A DNA stretch of 64,000 nt, taken from assembly GCA_049968255.1 (NCBI GenBank), contig JBMFRB010000004.1, forward strand, positions 96,001 to 160,000, given 5' to 3'. Source of the DNA: Candidatus Sumerlaeaceae bacterium (lineage in GTDB: Bacteria > Sumerlaeota > Sumerlaeia > Sumerlaeales > Sumerlaeaceae). Made by a program: the position numbers and the translations under genes. The notes beneath the pieces were generated by a model. The model saw nothing but the letters and a program-made list of their open reading frames with translations. It did not search any database and was not told where the DNA came from. Below are positions 19,114 to 29,385 of this stretch, in pieces (position 1 is the stretch's first letter; each line of letters opens with the position of its first letter).

Positions 19114-19815
19114 ATGAAGCGATTCACCTTGGTAGCGGGAATACTTGCTATGACGGCTGGTGTCGCGCTTGCCGGAACACCCACTATTGATGGCAGTTTT
19201 GATGGCGAAAGCGTGTGGGGCCCGGCCATTGCAACAAACTCGACTCCGGGGTTCTCTGATGCTGGAACCACGGCCACTGCTCTCTATGTCACTGATGACG
19301 CCAACTATGTTTACTTTGGGGCCTCGGTGACCGGACTGGGAACTTGGATGACCTATGGATTTGTGATCGATGCGCGCGCCGGCGGGACCAATAGCCAGGA
19401 CACGTGGAGCCGTCAAATACTCTATGCGTTTTCCTCGGCTACGGGTTTTGATGAGCCCGAATTCGACATTCGTGGCAAGGCGGACAATGAGTGGGCAGAA
19501 CGCCACGAGTGGGATGGTTCAAGTTGGCAGGGATTTGGGACAAACATTATCACAGCAGGTGATGCAGCTGCGTCCGATTCAAATGGTTTCATCGAGTGCC
19601 GCATCGCAAAGAGTGTCCTGAACATGCGCAGCTCAAAGCAAGGCCGTGTCGAGTTCTTCCTAACTGGCGACCACAACGAACACGGGCTTTTCACCTCTGT
19701 TCCGTACGATACGCCGTGCACCGCGTGGGACAACACCGGTAATCCGCAGTCACTGACAAATCCCGCATCGTCAGTCAGCTTGCCGGTGTCACTCAGCTCC
19801 TTCACGATCGAATAA
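19114..19815 (+). CDS. Secreted DOMON/CBM9-like putative carbohydrate-binding protein
   Basis: Strong SD TAAGGAGG; signal peptide; 'PTIDGSFDGE..W', 'LYVTDDANYVYFG', 'IECRI'; Trp-rich; ends LPVSLSSFTIE. Confidence 0.7.
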   Translation: MKRFTLVAGILAMTAGVALAGTPTIDGSFDGESVWGPAIATNSTPGFSDAGTTATALYVTDDANYVYFGASVTGLGTWMTYGFVIDARAGGTNSQDTWSRQILYAFSSATGFDEPEFDIRGKADNEWAERHEWDGSSWQGFGTNIITAGDAAASDSNGFIECRIAKSVLNMRSSKQGRVEFFLTGDHNEHGLFTSVPYDTPCTAWDNTGNPQSLTNPASSVSLPVSLSSFTIE

Positions 19816-19875
19816 GCCTTGAACACTGAGGCACTTTCTCCCGGCGAGTGACAAAAGCAAGTGTTGACAGCAAAA

Positions 19876-19916
19876 CGGGTGGCAGCCGAGAAACGGAGCT
19901 GCCACCCGAGCTTTTT
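19876..19916 (+). terminator. Intra-operon hairpin / terminator
   Basis: CGGGTGGCAGC...GCTGCCACCCG 11-bp stem followed by AGCTTTTT, between the secreted-protein gene and the first permease. Confidence 0.65.
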
Positions 19917-19934
19917 CAGGGGAGACCAACATAG

Positions 19935-20903
19935 ATGAGCACGCTTACTTTGCACAGTCAAGTGCGCCGCCAGCATCGCCCGCTCTGGCAGTATTACGAC
20001 GCCATTTGGGGCTACGTTTTCATCGTTCCTTTCCTTGTTGTTGCTGCTGTCTTTCTCATCTTCCCGATTGGATATTCCTTCTACCTCAGCTTCCGCGAAA
20101 CTTGGCTCTATTCCAGCTGGTTCGACCAGTTTGCCGACATGCGTTTTGTCGGTTTTCGTAACTATAGCGAGCTGCTAGCCAAACCTGAGTTCTGGTGGTC
20201 GCTTATTGCAACATTCATCTACGCCTTGCTAGCGATCCCCACCCAGATTGCAGCCTCACTTGCTCTCGCGCTTTTCCTCAATACCCGTTTGCCAGGCTAC
20301 CGAGCGCTGCGCTCTGCGTTCTTTCTGCCACACGTCTTCGACGTTTTCGTCGTGGGCATCATTTGGCTGCTTCTTTATAACCCCCAGATTGGTCCCTTTG
20401 CCGAGTTCTTCCGTTGGCTCGGAATCGACTGGTTTAAGAAGCACGGCTTCGTGGACAACCCTTACACCATTCTGCCTAGCATCGCATTTGCGATGGTGCT
20501 CAAAGGCATGGGGTTCGGCATGATTCTTTTCCTTACGGCGCTCAACAATATCCCTGAATCCATTTTCGAAGCCGCCGAGATTGACGGGGCCAACGCACGA
20601 CAAAAACTTTTCTACGTCACCATTCCGTTGCTCCGACCCATGATCCTCTTCATGTCGGTCACTGGCCTTGTTGGCGTCCTGAACGCTTTCGCTGAATTCT
20701 ACGCCATGACGAAGGCCACAGGCGGAGTCGCATTTCAGTTCTTCGGTGCCACAGTCCAGGCCGCTCGAGTTTCGGGATTTTATCTCTACCAACTCTTCGC
20801 CGATGCTTTTTACGGTCACGCCGCTGCCATGTCGTTCATTCTCCTGCTCATTGGCTTGGTCATTACGTGGGTAAATTTCCGTATCTTGGGAAAGGAGGCA
20901 TAG
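19935..20903 (+). CDS. Carbohydrate ABC transporter permease (MalF/UgpA type)
   Basis: '[11 protein letters not shown]'; EAA motif '[26 protein letters not shown]'. Confidence 0.93.
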   Translation: MSTLTLHSQVRRQHRPLWQYYDAIWGYVFIVPFLVVAAVFLIFPIGYSFYLSFRETWLYSSWFDQFADMRFVGFRNYSELLAKPEFWWSLIATFIYALLAIPTQIAASLALALFLNTRLPGYRALRSAFFLPHVFDVFVVGIIWLLLYNPQIGPFAEFFRWLGIDWFKKHGFVDNPYTILPSIAFAMVLKGMGFGMILFLTALNNIPESIFEAAEIDGANARQKLFYVTIPLLRPMILFMSVTGLVGVLNAFAEFYAMTKATGGVAFQFFGATVQAARVSGFYLYQLFADAFYGHAAAMSFILLLIGLVITWVNFRILGKEA

Positions 20904-20907
20904 GGTC

Positions 20908-21795
20908 ATGTCGCTTCCGATCAGCTTATCATTTCCCGCCTCTGCCCAACAAGGCCCCCTGCCAAAACTTCGGCGTTACGTCTTTAGCTATGCCATCCTC
21001 TTTCCGCTTCTTTTCCTCGTCCACCTACCTCTGCTGTGGATGATCATCACTGCTTTCAAGGCTCCTGGCTACGGGACAAAACTTGAATTCATTCCCAAAC
21101 CTGACGAGCACATGTATACCCTGCAGAATTTCCGGCAGGTGTTTTTCGACAAAGACTTCCCCTTTTATCGTTTTGCATGGAACAGCTTCGTGGTGGCCAC
21201 GGGATGCGCGCTTGTCACGGTGGCCCTTTGCACGCTGGCCGGCTACGCATTCGCCAAAAAACGTTTCCCTGGCCGAGATCTCATTTTTGCTGGACTCATC
21301 ACGATCATGCTTGTCCCGGGCATCATTTTCATGGTGCCGCAGTACCGCCTTGTGCTCAAATTCGGGTGGATCAACACCCACGTGGGGATGATCCTGCCTC
21401 ATACCGCTAACATCTTCGGCCTTTTTCTGCTCCGCCAGCACATTCGGGGTCTTCCCGATAGCCTACTCGAAGCGGCTCGCGTCGATGGTGCTAGCGAAAT
21501 CAGCACCTTCTTCCGCATTGTGGTGCCACTTTCCGTGCCCGTCATGATCACGCTGTTCCTCCTTACGTTCGTTGGCCAATGGTCGAATTTCCTCTGGCAA
21601 CTCATCGTCAACACGCCCGACTCTCCACACCTTACGTTGCCCGTTGGCCTTTCCCTTTTCCAAGGGCAGTATCAAACCGAGTGGGAGAAGATGATGGCTG
21701 GAGCCTGCTTTAGCATCCTGCCGATTGCCATCCTCTTCACAGTTGCTCAGCGTTTCTTTATTCAGGGGCTGACGGCGGGGAGTGTAAAAGAATAA
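20908..21795 (+). CDS. Carbohydrate ABC transporter permease (MalG/UgpE type)
   Basis: '[14 protein letters not shown]'; EAA motif '[11 protein letters not shown]'; C-terminal '[15 protein letters not shown]'. Confidence 0.94.
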   Translation: MSLPISLSFPASAQQGPLPKLRRYVFSYAILFPLLFLVHLPLLWMIITAFKAPGYGTKLEFIPKPDEHMYTLQNFRQVFFDKDFPFYRFAWNSFVVATGCALVTVALCTLAGYAFAKKRFPGRDLIFAGLITIMLVPGIIFMVPQYRLVLKFGWINTHVGMILPHTANIFGLFLLRQHIRGLPDSLLEAARVDGASEISTFFRIVVPLSVPVMITLFLLTFVGQWSNFLWQLIVNTPDSPHLTLPVGLSLFQGQYQTEWEKMMAGACFSILPIAILFTVAQRFFIQGLTAGSVKE

Positions 21796-21796
21796 T

Positions 21797-23275
21797 ATGT
21801 TAGCAAAGTCAAAGATGCGGAGGAATGGTTTCGTGCTCCGTCGCCTAGACCGTTTTGCCGTGGCCACTATCATATTGGTCATAAGCTATGCCGCCGGGTG
21901 GGCCGAATCGGACACCGGCCGTCAGGTGAAATCGGTTCGCCTGACGTTGTGGCAGGGTTTTAAATTCAAAGAGGTCTCGCTGCTGCGCGAGAACATCAGC
22001 GAGTTTAAAACGAAGTGGAACGCAGCCCATCCCGAGCGTCCCCTCGAAATCACCGAATCGCAGGTGCCCTTCTTTGATATGGTTCAGAAACTGCGCTCCG
22101 CAGCGCTCGCTCGCCAAGTGCCGGACATCGCTTTCGTGGACGTCAACAACATGGTGCAGCTTATCTATGGCGGAGTGGCGCGTCCCCTCGAGGAACTCCC
22201 CAACTTTCCAGCAAAATCCATTGATGAGCTACGAGAAAAGTTCGTACCTGGCGCATTCGATAGCAATGTGGCCGTCTTCAAAGGCAAGCGCCACCTTTTT
22301 GGGATTCCCGCGCAGACCACGACCCTGGCTCTTTTCTATAACAAAAAGCGCTTCCGCGAAAAGGCTGCGGAACTGCGCGCCGCAGGGTGCGATCCGGATC
22401 GCCCGCCTCGCGATTGGAATGAATTTATTCGATATGGCAAAGTGCTCACCGAACCGCAAAAAGAACTCTACGGTTTCGGCATGAATGGCAGCTTTTGGTT
22501 TACGATGCCATTCTTCAATCAGTACGGAGCCGAGTTTATCCGACGCGATGAGAATGGCGAGTTGCGGCCAGCGATTCCTAGCCAGCACGCTCTTGCCGCC
22601 TTGGAACGCAAGGCCAACTTCTACCTGCGCGACGGCATCGAAGCTGGGGCTTGGCGCGATGGAGCCCTCGATCCTGACCAAGGATTCAAAAACAACCGTT
22701 ACGCGATGGTGCTTACCGGGCCGTGGATGATTGAAGATTTCCGCTCGGCTGGGCTTGATTTCGGAGTGGCCCTCATTCCGCACGTGCCACTAGACGAAGC
22801 CATGCGTTTGGGCCTTGTTCCGCCCGATGCCACAGAGAGTTCCCCCGAAGTTCAGAAACTGACCGCGGGCAATGTCGGCGGAATGAATGGAATCATTTCC
22901 TCCACATGCAAAGACCCGGACGTCGCACTCGAGTTTCTCCTGTTCTTTGCCAGCACACCCATCCAGCGCCGTTGGGCCGAAGAGATGGGCGAAATCCCCG
23001 TCGTTCTTGAAGCACAAAAAAATCTAAATCTGTCGCGTTTTCCCGAGGTTCCAACATTCATTCAGCAAATCAACACAGCCAAAGCTTTTCCAGCTATTCC
23101 GCTCGCCAACACATTTGAGCCGCAAATTTTTAACCCCGAATTCAGTCTAGTCTTGCAGCGGCGCACGACCCCACAGCAAGCACTCGAGCGCATTGCGCGG
23201 CTGCTCGATGAGCGAATCCTCAAACCAGTTAACGAAGCCGAGGCGATCGCACGAAAAGAGTTCGCCAGCAAGTAA
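21797..23275 (+). CDS. Carbohydrate ABC transporter substrate-binding protein
   Basis: Signal peptide; 'VPDIAFVD', 'LALFYNKKRF', 'PPRDWNEF', 'AMVLTGPW'. Confidence 0.9.
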   Translation: MLAKSKMRRNGFVLRRLDRFAVATIILVISYAAGWAESDTGRQVKSVRLTLWQGFKFKEVSLLRENISEFKTKWNAAHPERPLEITESQVPFFDMVQKLRSAALARQVPDIAFVDVNNMVQLIYGGVARPLEELPNFPAKSIDELREKFVPGAFDSNVAVFKGKRHLFGIPAQTTTLALFYNKKRFREKAAELRAAGCDPDRPPRDWNEFIRYGKVLTEPQKELYGFGMNGSFWFTMPFFNQYGAEFIRRDENGELRPAIPSQHALAALERKANFYLRDGIEAGAWRDGALDPDQGFKNNRYAMVLTGPWMIEDFRSAGLDFGVALIPHVPLDEAMRLGLVPPDATESSPEVQKLTAGNVGGMNGIISSTCKDPDVALEFLLFFASTPIQRRWAEEMGEIPVVLEAQKNLNLSRFPEVPTFIQQINTAKAFPAIPLANTFEPQIFNPEFSLVLQRRTTPQQALERIARLLDERILKPVNEAEAIARKEFASK

Positions 23276-23544
23276 AGCTTTCGTTTTGCCCGCGATGCCA
23301 GTTTCTTTTTTCTCGCATCCGCCATGCCTTCGCGTTTAAAGCATGAAGATGTGAGAAAGTCAGATCTTCGGAAAGGCCGACTCCATGCGCCGCGCGAGCA
23401 GTCTCAAGCACCGCCCGGCAGCGGAATGCAAGAGGAAGCGGAACAGTTGCTCTTCAGCGATCGTCCACTCTTGTGCCGTCGGGATCAAGGCCCGTCCCTA
23501 CCGGACGATAAACAATCTTGCGAAAAAGTAGAGGAGCATTTTGA

Positions 23545-24159
23545 GTGAAGAAGTCCACAAACGAAGCCAAATGCAAGCGTATCGCCGAGGTTCGCCGCGA
23601 AACTAAGGAAACGCAACTTGTGGTGCACATCAATCTCGACGGAAAAGGCAAATTCACGGGCTCGGTGGGCGTTCCCTTCTTCGAGCACATGCTCGAGCTC
23701 TTTGCGCGCCATGCATTGCTAGACCTTGAAATTCAAGGCCGGGGGGATCTGCACGTTGACGCCCACCATACGGTTGAAGATGTCGGCATTGTTCTCGGGC
23801 AGGCAGTGCGCCAGGCTCTTGGTGAGCGAGCTGGCATCGAGCGCTATGGCGAGGCCTATGTGCCCATGGAAGAAAGCCTTGTGCGCTGTGCGCTCGATCT
23901 GTGCAATCGCCCCTATCTCCGCTATCATGTTCCTGTGCCGAAGGCTAAGGTGGGTGAATTTGATGTCGAGTTAGCCGAGGAGTTTTTCCGCGCGTTTGCC
24001 TTCAATGCCGGCATCACAATGCACGTCGAGCTGTTTTACGGGGCAAATCTGCATCATATCCTTGAGGCCACATTCAAAGCGGTTGGGCGTGCCTTAGGTA
24101 AAGCTGTCCGCTTCGACCCCCGTATCGAGGGTGTGCTTTCAACAAAGGGAAAGCTCTGA
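23545..24159 (+). CDS. hisB: Imidazoleglycerol-phosphate dehydratase
   Basis: 'RETKETQ', 'FFEHML', 'DAHHTVEDVGI', 'NLHHILEATFKA', 'STKGKL'. Confidence 0.96.
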   Translation: MKKSTNEAKCKRIAEVRRETKETQLVVHINLDGKGKFTGSVGVPFFEHMLELFARHALLDLEIQGRGDLHVDAHHTVEDVGIVLGQAVRQALGERAGIERYGEAYVPMEESLVRCALDLCNRPYLRYHVPVPKAKVGEFDVELAEEFFRAFAFNAGITMHVELFYGANLHHILEATFKAVGRALGKAVRFDPRIEGVLSTKGKL

Positions 24160-24176
24160 CGAGGTAAAGCGCCATC

Positions 24177-24587
24177 ATGACATACAAAAAGGGCAAGCAG
24201 CAATTTACAAAAGACGAAATCATCGAGATTCTGCGTCGCAACGTGAATCTCTTCAAGGACGAGGACGAGTTCGTAGACTATATCGTGGAGCTGGCCCTTT
24301 ACCTCGTCGAGCATCGAATGCAGACACAGACAGAAGCCGCGGAGTCGCCCACCACTCAGAAGAAAATGAGCCCTGATGAAGAGCAAGTCTTCGAAAAGCG
24401 CCAAGAACCGTTCCGACGCAGCTTAGCGTGGCGGAGCGACGCTGATGTTCACGATTTGCTGCAGCGCCACGTCAAGGAGGCCCCGCTCGAATCAGTTCCA
24501 GAGACCGAGTTGACGATGTGTCGCGTCTGCGGGGCTACGGTGTCGAAAACTGCCAAACTATGCCCCATATGCGGTAGCATGATCTGA
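24177..24587 (+). CDS. Hypothetical protein with C-terminal zinc ribbon
   Basis: GAGGT SD; C-terminal 'CRVCGATVSKTAKLCPICG'. Confidence 0.75.
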   Translation: MTYKKGKQQFTKDEIIEILRRNVNLFKDEDEFVDYIVELALYLVEHRMQTQTEAAESPTTQKKMSPDEEQVFEKRQEPFRRSLAWRSDADVHDLLQRHVKEAPLESVPETELTMCRVCGATVSKTAKLCPICGSMI

Positions 24588-24630
24588 GGCCAGGCTATCC
24601 TGTCGAAACGCGGTACATGCCAGCTACGGT

Positions 24631-26055
24631 CTATCGCCTTAGCAACCGGCGATAGTTTCTCTCAAGCGTCTTGCGCATGCGCGCTACATTCTCTGCCGCG
24701 GCTTGGTCAAGAGCCTCGCGGTGGCGTCGCGACAATTTGAAAAGAGTCGGGATGCTCTGCAAAAATTCGTCCATACCTGGCTCGTAGCCCTCCATACGGA
24801 TGAATACACCTTGGAAAGCTTCGGGGTCGTGGATATCTTTCAAAGCGCTTCCGTAGAAAGCAAGCGGACGCAGTGTTCCAATGTCGTAGAGTTTTCTGAT
24901 CACAGAGAACGGATCCCAGATCTTGTGTCCTGTCACGCGCACGGTTTCCATGCGCTGCGACCCGTCAATGACAATGAGAAAAACAGGCTGACTGCGAGGG
25001 AGGGTGCGCACGAGGCTTAGCAATGGATCAATGCCTTGGTTTTCATAAACGCCACCATCTGCAACATACAAATACTTCGACTCTTTCAGTGCTTCGTCTG
25101 TGCGGTCGCGCCGCGGCTCGGGAATGCTCTCCGGATAAATATTTAGCCGCAGAGGCGCGAGCGCGATCGGATATGCCGCACTGGCAGCCACGGCGCGTGC
25201 CACGCGAAAAGAGCCAATGTCGCTTCCGATGTCTTCAAACGTGAGTGGTTGCACCAGACGCCGGAGAATGGCCTGGTCCGTAAGCGAAAGCGCCACACGG
25301 GGTCCCACAAGCGGCAACAGCGACGGAAAACGTTCCGCCGGCAAGTTCGTCATGACAAACCTTTGCCCTGAGTTCAATGCGGTGCCATTGAGGATCAGAA
25401 TAGGGGCAGGATCATTTGGATCGGACTCTAATCGTCGCAGATCATCAAAAGTCACAGGCCCCGCCCCCAGCAAATGTTCCATTTCGTTGGCGAGAAGATC
25501 CGTTCTGGTAATTGGCGTAGCAAAAAGTTCCAAGGCAAGTGGGGGAAAAACAACCATGTGGCCGTATGTGCGCCACTGGAGATTCGTTGCCATCGCAACT
25601 TTGAACCGGGGAAAGAAATCAGGATCGTGTCGCTCGTGGTAATGCAACGTAAACCATGCAGCAGCCAGGCTGCCGGCGGAAATTCCTGAGATGACACGCA
25701 CCTCGTCCAAGATACTTCCGTGACCTGATGGCGAGGGAATCTTCGAGAGTTGCTCCATCGCGCATGCAGCATAATAGGCAGCGCGGCTGCCTCCCCCGCT
25801 AATGGACAAGAGCACAAGAGGCCCATTTCGTTGCACAGGATGCAGAGGAAGGTCCACGCGCTCGCGTCCAGGTTGCAGCGGTGCGTTCGCCTCGCGACGT
25901 GCAACCATGCGCGAAGCTTCCGAGACGGGAGAATAACGTGGCTCACCTGCTACGGCAATGATAGCGGAGAGGGTGAGAACTAAACCGCAAAGAACAGCCC
26001 TAAATCGATAGAATTTCACGCAGGAAAGAAAACACACGTTAGCTTGTTTGTTCAC
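24631..26055 (-). CDS. Exported patatin-like phospholipase (start uncertain, GTG at 26055 or 26019)
   Basis: SGGGSRAA oxyanion motif, GISAG nucleophile motif, DGG; signal-like 'RAVLCGLVLTLSAIIAVA'. Confidence 0.85.
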   Translation of the reverse strand: MNKQANVCFLSCVKFYRFRAVLCGLVLTLSAIIAVAGEPRYSPVSEASRMVARREANAPLQPGRERVDLPLHPVQRNGPLVLLSISGGGSRAAYYAACAMEQLSKIPSPSGHGSILDEVRVISGISAGSLAAAWFTLHYHERHDPDFFPRFKVAMATNLQWRTYGHMVVFPPLALELFATPITRTDLLANEMEHLLGAGPVTFDDLRRLESDPNDPAPILILNGTALNSGQRFVMTNLPAERFPSLLPLVGPRVALSLTDQAILRRLVQPLTFEDIGSDIGSFRVARAVAASAAYPIALAPLRLNIYPESIPEPRRDRTDEALKESKYLYVADGGVYENQGIDPLLSLVRTLPRSQPVFLIVIDGSQRMETVRVTGHKIWDPFSVIRKLYDIGTLRPLAFYGSALKDIHDPEAFQGVFIRMEGYEPGMDEFLQSIPTLFKLSRRHREALDQAAAENVARMRKTLERNYRRLLRR

Positions 26056-26124
26056 ACTAAACTCTATCGCGGCAAGTCGTTCGTGTGTCAATGCCACAGA
26101 AGAACCTAACCAAGGAGCGAATCC

Positions 26125-26952
26125 GTGGAACTTGAATTTTGGAAAATGAGTGGAGCAGGGAACGACTTTATTGTCATCGATAACCGTGATGGGCAATTGC
26201 CCGAGCAAGGGCGCAAGCAGCTCTTCAGCCAGTGGTGTCGCCGTGGAATCTCTGTGGGCGCCGACGGCGTGCTGCTAGTGGAACCATCCACACGTGCCCA
26301 TTTTCGCATGCGCTACTATAATGCCGATGGGCGCGAGGCCGAAACGTGCGGAAACGGTAGCCGTTGTATCGCGCGCTTTGCCTTTTTGCGTGGCATTGCG
26401 GGTCCTGACATGCGCTTTGAAACGCTGGCTGGCATTTACGAAGCGCAAGTCCGTGGCGAATCTGTGGCCGTGCGCATGAGCGATGCTCATAGCCTCCGCC
26501 TCGCGATTCCCGTAAGCGGTGAGCTTTTTTCCGGTGAAGTGCATTTCATCAACACCGGCGTCCCTCACGTTGTGCTTTTCACTAACGATCTTGCTCATGT
26601 GCCGGTTGCTCAAATTGGCCAGTGGCTGCGCTATCATGAGCTCTTTGCTCCGGCCGGGACCAACGTGAATTTCATTACCATCAAGGGGCCGAATGCTCTT
26701 TCGGTCCGCACTTACGAGCGAGGTGTTGAAGCCGAAACCCTTGCCTGTGGAACGGGGTCTATCGCGAGCGCCATTGTGGCTGCCCACTTGGGGAAAGTCA
26801 CCCCTCCTGTCGCCGTGGAAACGCGCAGTGGCGATGTGCTAAACATTGATTTTGAGCTCACGCCGCTCGGGGCCAAGCACGTTCTTCTCGAGGGCCCTGC
26901 CCGAGTTGTTTTTCGCGGCTACATCGAATTGCCTCCCAAGCGCTGCATCTGA
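26125..26952 (+). CDS. dapF: Diaminopimelate epimerase
   Basis: 'KMSGAGNDF', 'TCGNGSRC', 'NTGVPH', 'RTYERGVEAETLACGTG'. Confidence 0.97.
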   Translation: MELEFWKMSGAGNDFIVIDNRDGQLPEQGRKQLFSQWCRRGISVGADGVLLVEPSTRAHFRMRYYNADGREAETCGNGSRCIARFAFLRGIAGPDMRFETLAGIYEAQVRGESVAVRMSDAHSLRLAIPVSGELFSGEVHFINTGVPHVVLFTNDLAHVPVAQIGQWLRYHELFAPAGTNVNFITIKGPNALSVRTYERGVEAETLACGTGSIASAIVAAHLGKVTPPVAVETRSGDVLNIDFELTPLGAKHVLLEGPARVVFRGYIELPPKRCI

Positions 26953-26975
26953 CTACCGTCAAGCCGCTGCTCAGA

Positions 26976-27833
26976 TCACCCGCGAAGCGCATGGGCAAAA
27001 GCGCTCAGCTCGGCCAGTTCCACGCGGGGGAGAAGGCGTTCCCATTGTCGCGCCACAGCATCAGTCCATACGAGGCGTTTTGCGCGGATTTCCTCGCACA
27101 GTCGTTCAAACGTTGTGCTCCGTCGCACCGATGTGAGGAAGAGATCGTTCGATACAAATGAGCGCCGATGGATGCTTGTCAGCCCGAGACGCTCGATTGC
27201 TTCATAATGTTGTCGCGTAGGATAGCCCTTATGCCGGGCGAAACCGTAGCCGGGGTATTCTTCCTCGTATCGGAGCATGAGCCGATCGCGTTCCACCTTG
27301 GCCACGATTGATGCAGCCGCAATCGCATGACTTCGTGCGTCGCCTTTGATCAACGAGCGTTGCTCATGAGCACACGTGTCGAGCTTTACGGCATCAATGA
27401 GGGTCATTTCCGGTTTCACCGATAATCGAGAAAGCGCTCGAACCATTGCCAGTTTGCTTGCCTCAAGAATGTTGAGTTCGTCAATTTCCGCCGGGTCAGC
27501 CCAGCCAACTCCCACGGCAAGTGTCCTGACCAAAATTTCCTCATACAGCCGTTCTCTTCGCTGTGGCGTGAGCTTTTTTGAATCGTTGATGCCGGGTACG
27601 AAGCAGCCTGGTGGAAACACCACTGCAGCGGCGGTCACAGGTCCGGCGAGTGGACCACGCCCCGCTTCGTCAACACCCGCGAGGAGCGTGACTCCCTCCT
27701 CATAAAACTGACGGTCTATAAGCGTGAGGTCCCTAAATTCTTCAAGCCGGTGTTCCCGATGAATATGCTGTTGTCGCCACTTCATCAAATTATCGACGCC
27801 CCTTTCTGCTTTCTGGCTACCAGCAGAACCCAC
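26976..27833 (-). CDS. rnhB: Ribonuclease HII
   Basis: 'GVDEAGRGPLAGPV', 'DSKKL', 'KGDA', 'AAASIVAKVERD', 'HKGYPT', 'HRRSF'. Confidence 0.95.
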   Translation of the reverse strand: MGSAGSQKAERGVDNLMKWRQQHIHREHRLEEFRDLTLIDRQFYEEGVTLLAGVDEAGRGPLAGPVTAAAVVFPPGCFVPGINDSKKLTPQRRERLYEEILVRTLAVGVGWADPAEIDELNILEASKLAMVRALSRLSVKPEMTLIDAVKLDTCAHEQRSLIKGDARSHAIAAASIVAKVERDRLMLRYEEEYPGYGFARHKGYPTRQHYEAIERLGLTSIHRRSFVSNDLFLTSVRRSTTFERLCEEIRAKRLVWTDAVARQWERLLPRVELAELSAFAHALRG

Positions 27834-27915
27834 GGCTTTTTCTGTGGCAACAGTCGAGCCATACTGGTAATTGGTAAGGCTAATTCAGCCAGATTGAAGA
27901 ACAGGCTAGGGAAAG

Positions 27916-29385
27916 ATGGCAAGCGAACGAAAGAACAGTCGCATGCGGCACCGAACTTACGGAACTATTCTCTTGGGAGCAGTTCTTTCAGCACTTGCCT
28001 GCGTCTACGTCTTCGCTTCCGCCGAGACCAGCACCACCCAGACCAGCCGTAATCATGATCGAGGGAAAATCCTACTAGTCCAGCTTGAGGACGAAATCAT
28101 CAATCCTGTCACAAGTCGATTCTTGTGCGAGGCGATGGACAAGGCGGAGGAACTCGACGTGCCGCTTATCATCGAGCTCGACACACCTGGCGGACTTCTT
28201 CAGTCCACGCGGGAAATTGTCAAACGCCAACTCACGGCCAAAATCCCCGTCATTGTGTTTGTAGCGCCCCATGGATCTCGCGCTGCAAGCGCCGGCGTAT
28301 TTATCACGCTGGCCGCTCACATTGCGGCCATGGCGCCGGGCACCAACATTGGGGCTGCGCACGTCGTTGATCTCGCAGGCAAGTGGCCAGTCCGCGATTC
28401 TGCGCTCGATCCAACATCTACGGACACTTTGCTTCGCAAGCCCCGCATGCCTCTGGATGCCCAAGAAGTCATGAGCGAAAAAGTCATGAACGACACACTG
28501 GCCTGGGTGGAGGCCATTGCGAAAATGCGAGGACGCAATGCAGCCTGGGCGCGTGATGCCGTCGAAAAAAGTGTGTCGGTCACAGCGGCCCAAGCGGCCG
28601 AGCTTGGCGTTGTAGACCTTATTGCCAACGATTTGGACGATTTGCTGACAAAACTCGACGGCCGCCAGATCGCTGTGGATTCGCGCACCGTGACCCTGCA
28701 GACTAAGGCAGCGATCGTCCAGACGTTGCACTTTTCCGCCAGCCAACGGATTTTGAACATTCTTGCCAATCCCAACATCGCCCTTCTTTTGCTCATGTTT
28801 GGCCTTGTTCTGCTTGGCTACGAGCTTACTCATCCTGGTATGTGGATCCCTGGTATTACGGGTCTTATTTGTCTGCTTTTGGCCGCGCTCGCGCTCAAAA
28901 TGCTACCCACAAACTATGCGGCGCTCGCGCTCATTTTGCTGGGGATCACTTTGCTCCTTGCTGAAATCAAATTTACGAGTTATGGGCTGCTCACGCTCGG
29001 CGGTGTGGTTTGCCTTTTCTTCGGCGCACTAGCTCTTTTCGACCAGCCCAAGCCGTTTTTCGGGGTTACAATGACCTACCTCATTCCCATCGTCGCCACT
29101 GTGACGCTGCTGCTCATGCTTCTCGTGTTTTTGGTCACACGGGCGCAGCTTCACCGACCACAGTTCGGGCTCGAAAGTTTTATCGGGAAAACCGCAGAGG
29201 TTGTGCGTCCTCTCGAACCTGCCGGCAAAGTGTTTTTCAATGGCACGTATTGGGACGCCGAGCTCAAATCGGGCCAAGGCACAACCGCTTCGCACGTCAG
29301 GATCGTCGCCGTTGAAGGGATGAAGCTCATCGTCGAGCCTATCGAGGCAGACGAAAAAGAGAACCCGAGTTCCTCGCACACCTGA
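27916..29385 (+). CDS. Long-form NfeD membrane-bound serine protease (ClpP class)
   Basis: 'LDTPGG', 'RAASAG', 'AMAPGTNIGAA', TM bundle, C-terminal OB fold 'GKVFFNGTYWDA'. Confidence 0.92.
   Translation: MASERKNSRMRHRTYGTILLGAVLSALACVYVFASAETSTTQTSRNHDRGKILLVQLEDEIINPVTSRFLCEAMDKAEELDVPLIIELDTPGGLLQSTREIVKRQLTAKIPVIVFVAPHGSRAASAGVFITLAAHIAAMAPGTNIGAAHVVDLAGKWPVRDSALDPTSTDTLLRKPRMPLDAQEVMSEKVMNDTLAWVEAIAKMRGRNAAWARDAVEKSVSVTAAQAAELGVVDLIANDLDDLLTKLDGRQIAVDSRTVTLQTKAAIVQTLHFSASQRILNILANPNIALLLLMFGLVLLGYELTHPGMWIPGITGLICLLLAALALKMLPTNYAALALILLGITLLLAEIKFTSYGLLTLGGVVCLFFGALALFDQPKPFFGVTMTYLIPIVATVTLLLMLLVFLVTRAQLHRPQFGLESFIGKTAEVVRPLEPAGKVFFNGTYWDAELKSGQGTTASHVRIVAVEGMKLIVEPIEADEKENPSSSHT

Noticed and set aside
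23276-23544. His-attenuator leader upstream of hisB
   Set aside because: The short ORF 23324..23548 has no His-codon run and no convincing terminator precedes hisB.
26056-26208. Apparent overlap of the patatin ORF 5' end with dapF
   Set aside because: An artefact of the longest-ORF start; a signal peptide appears only downstream of 26055.
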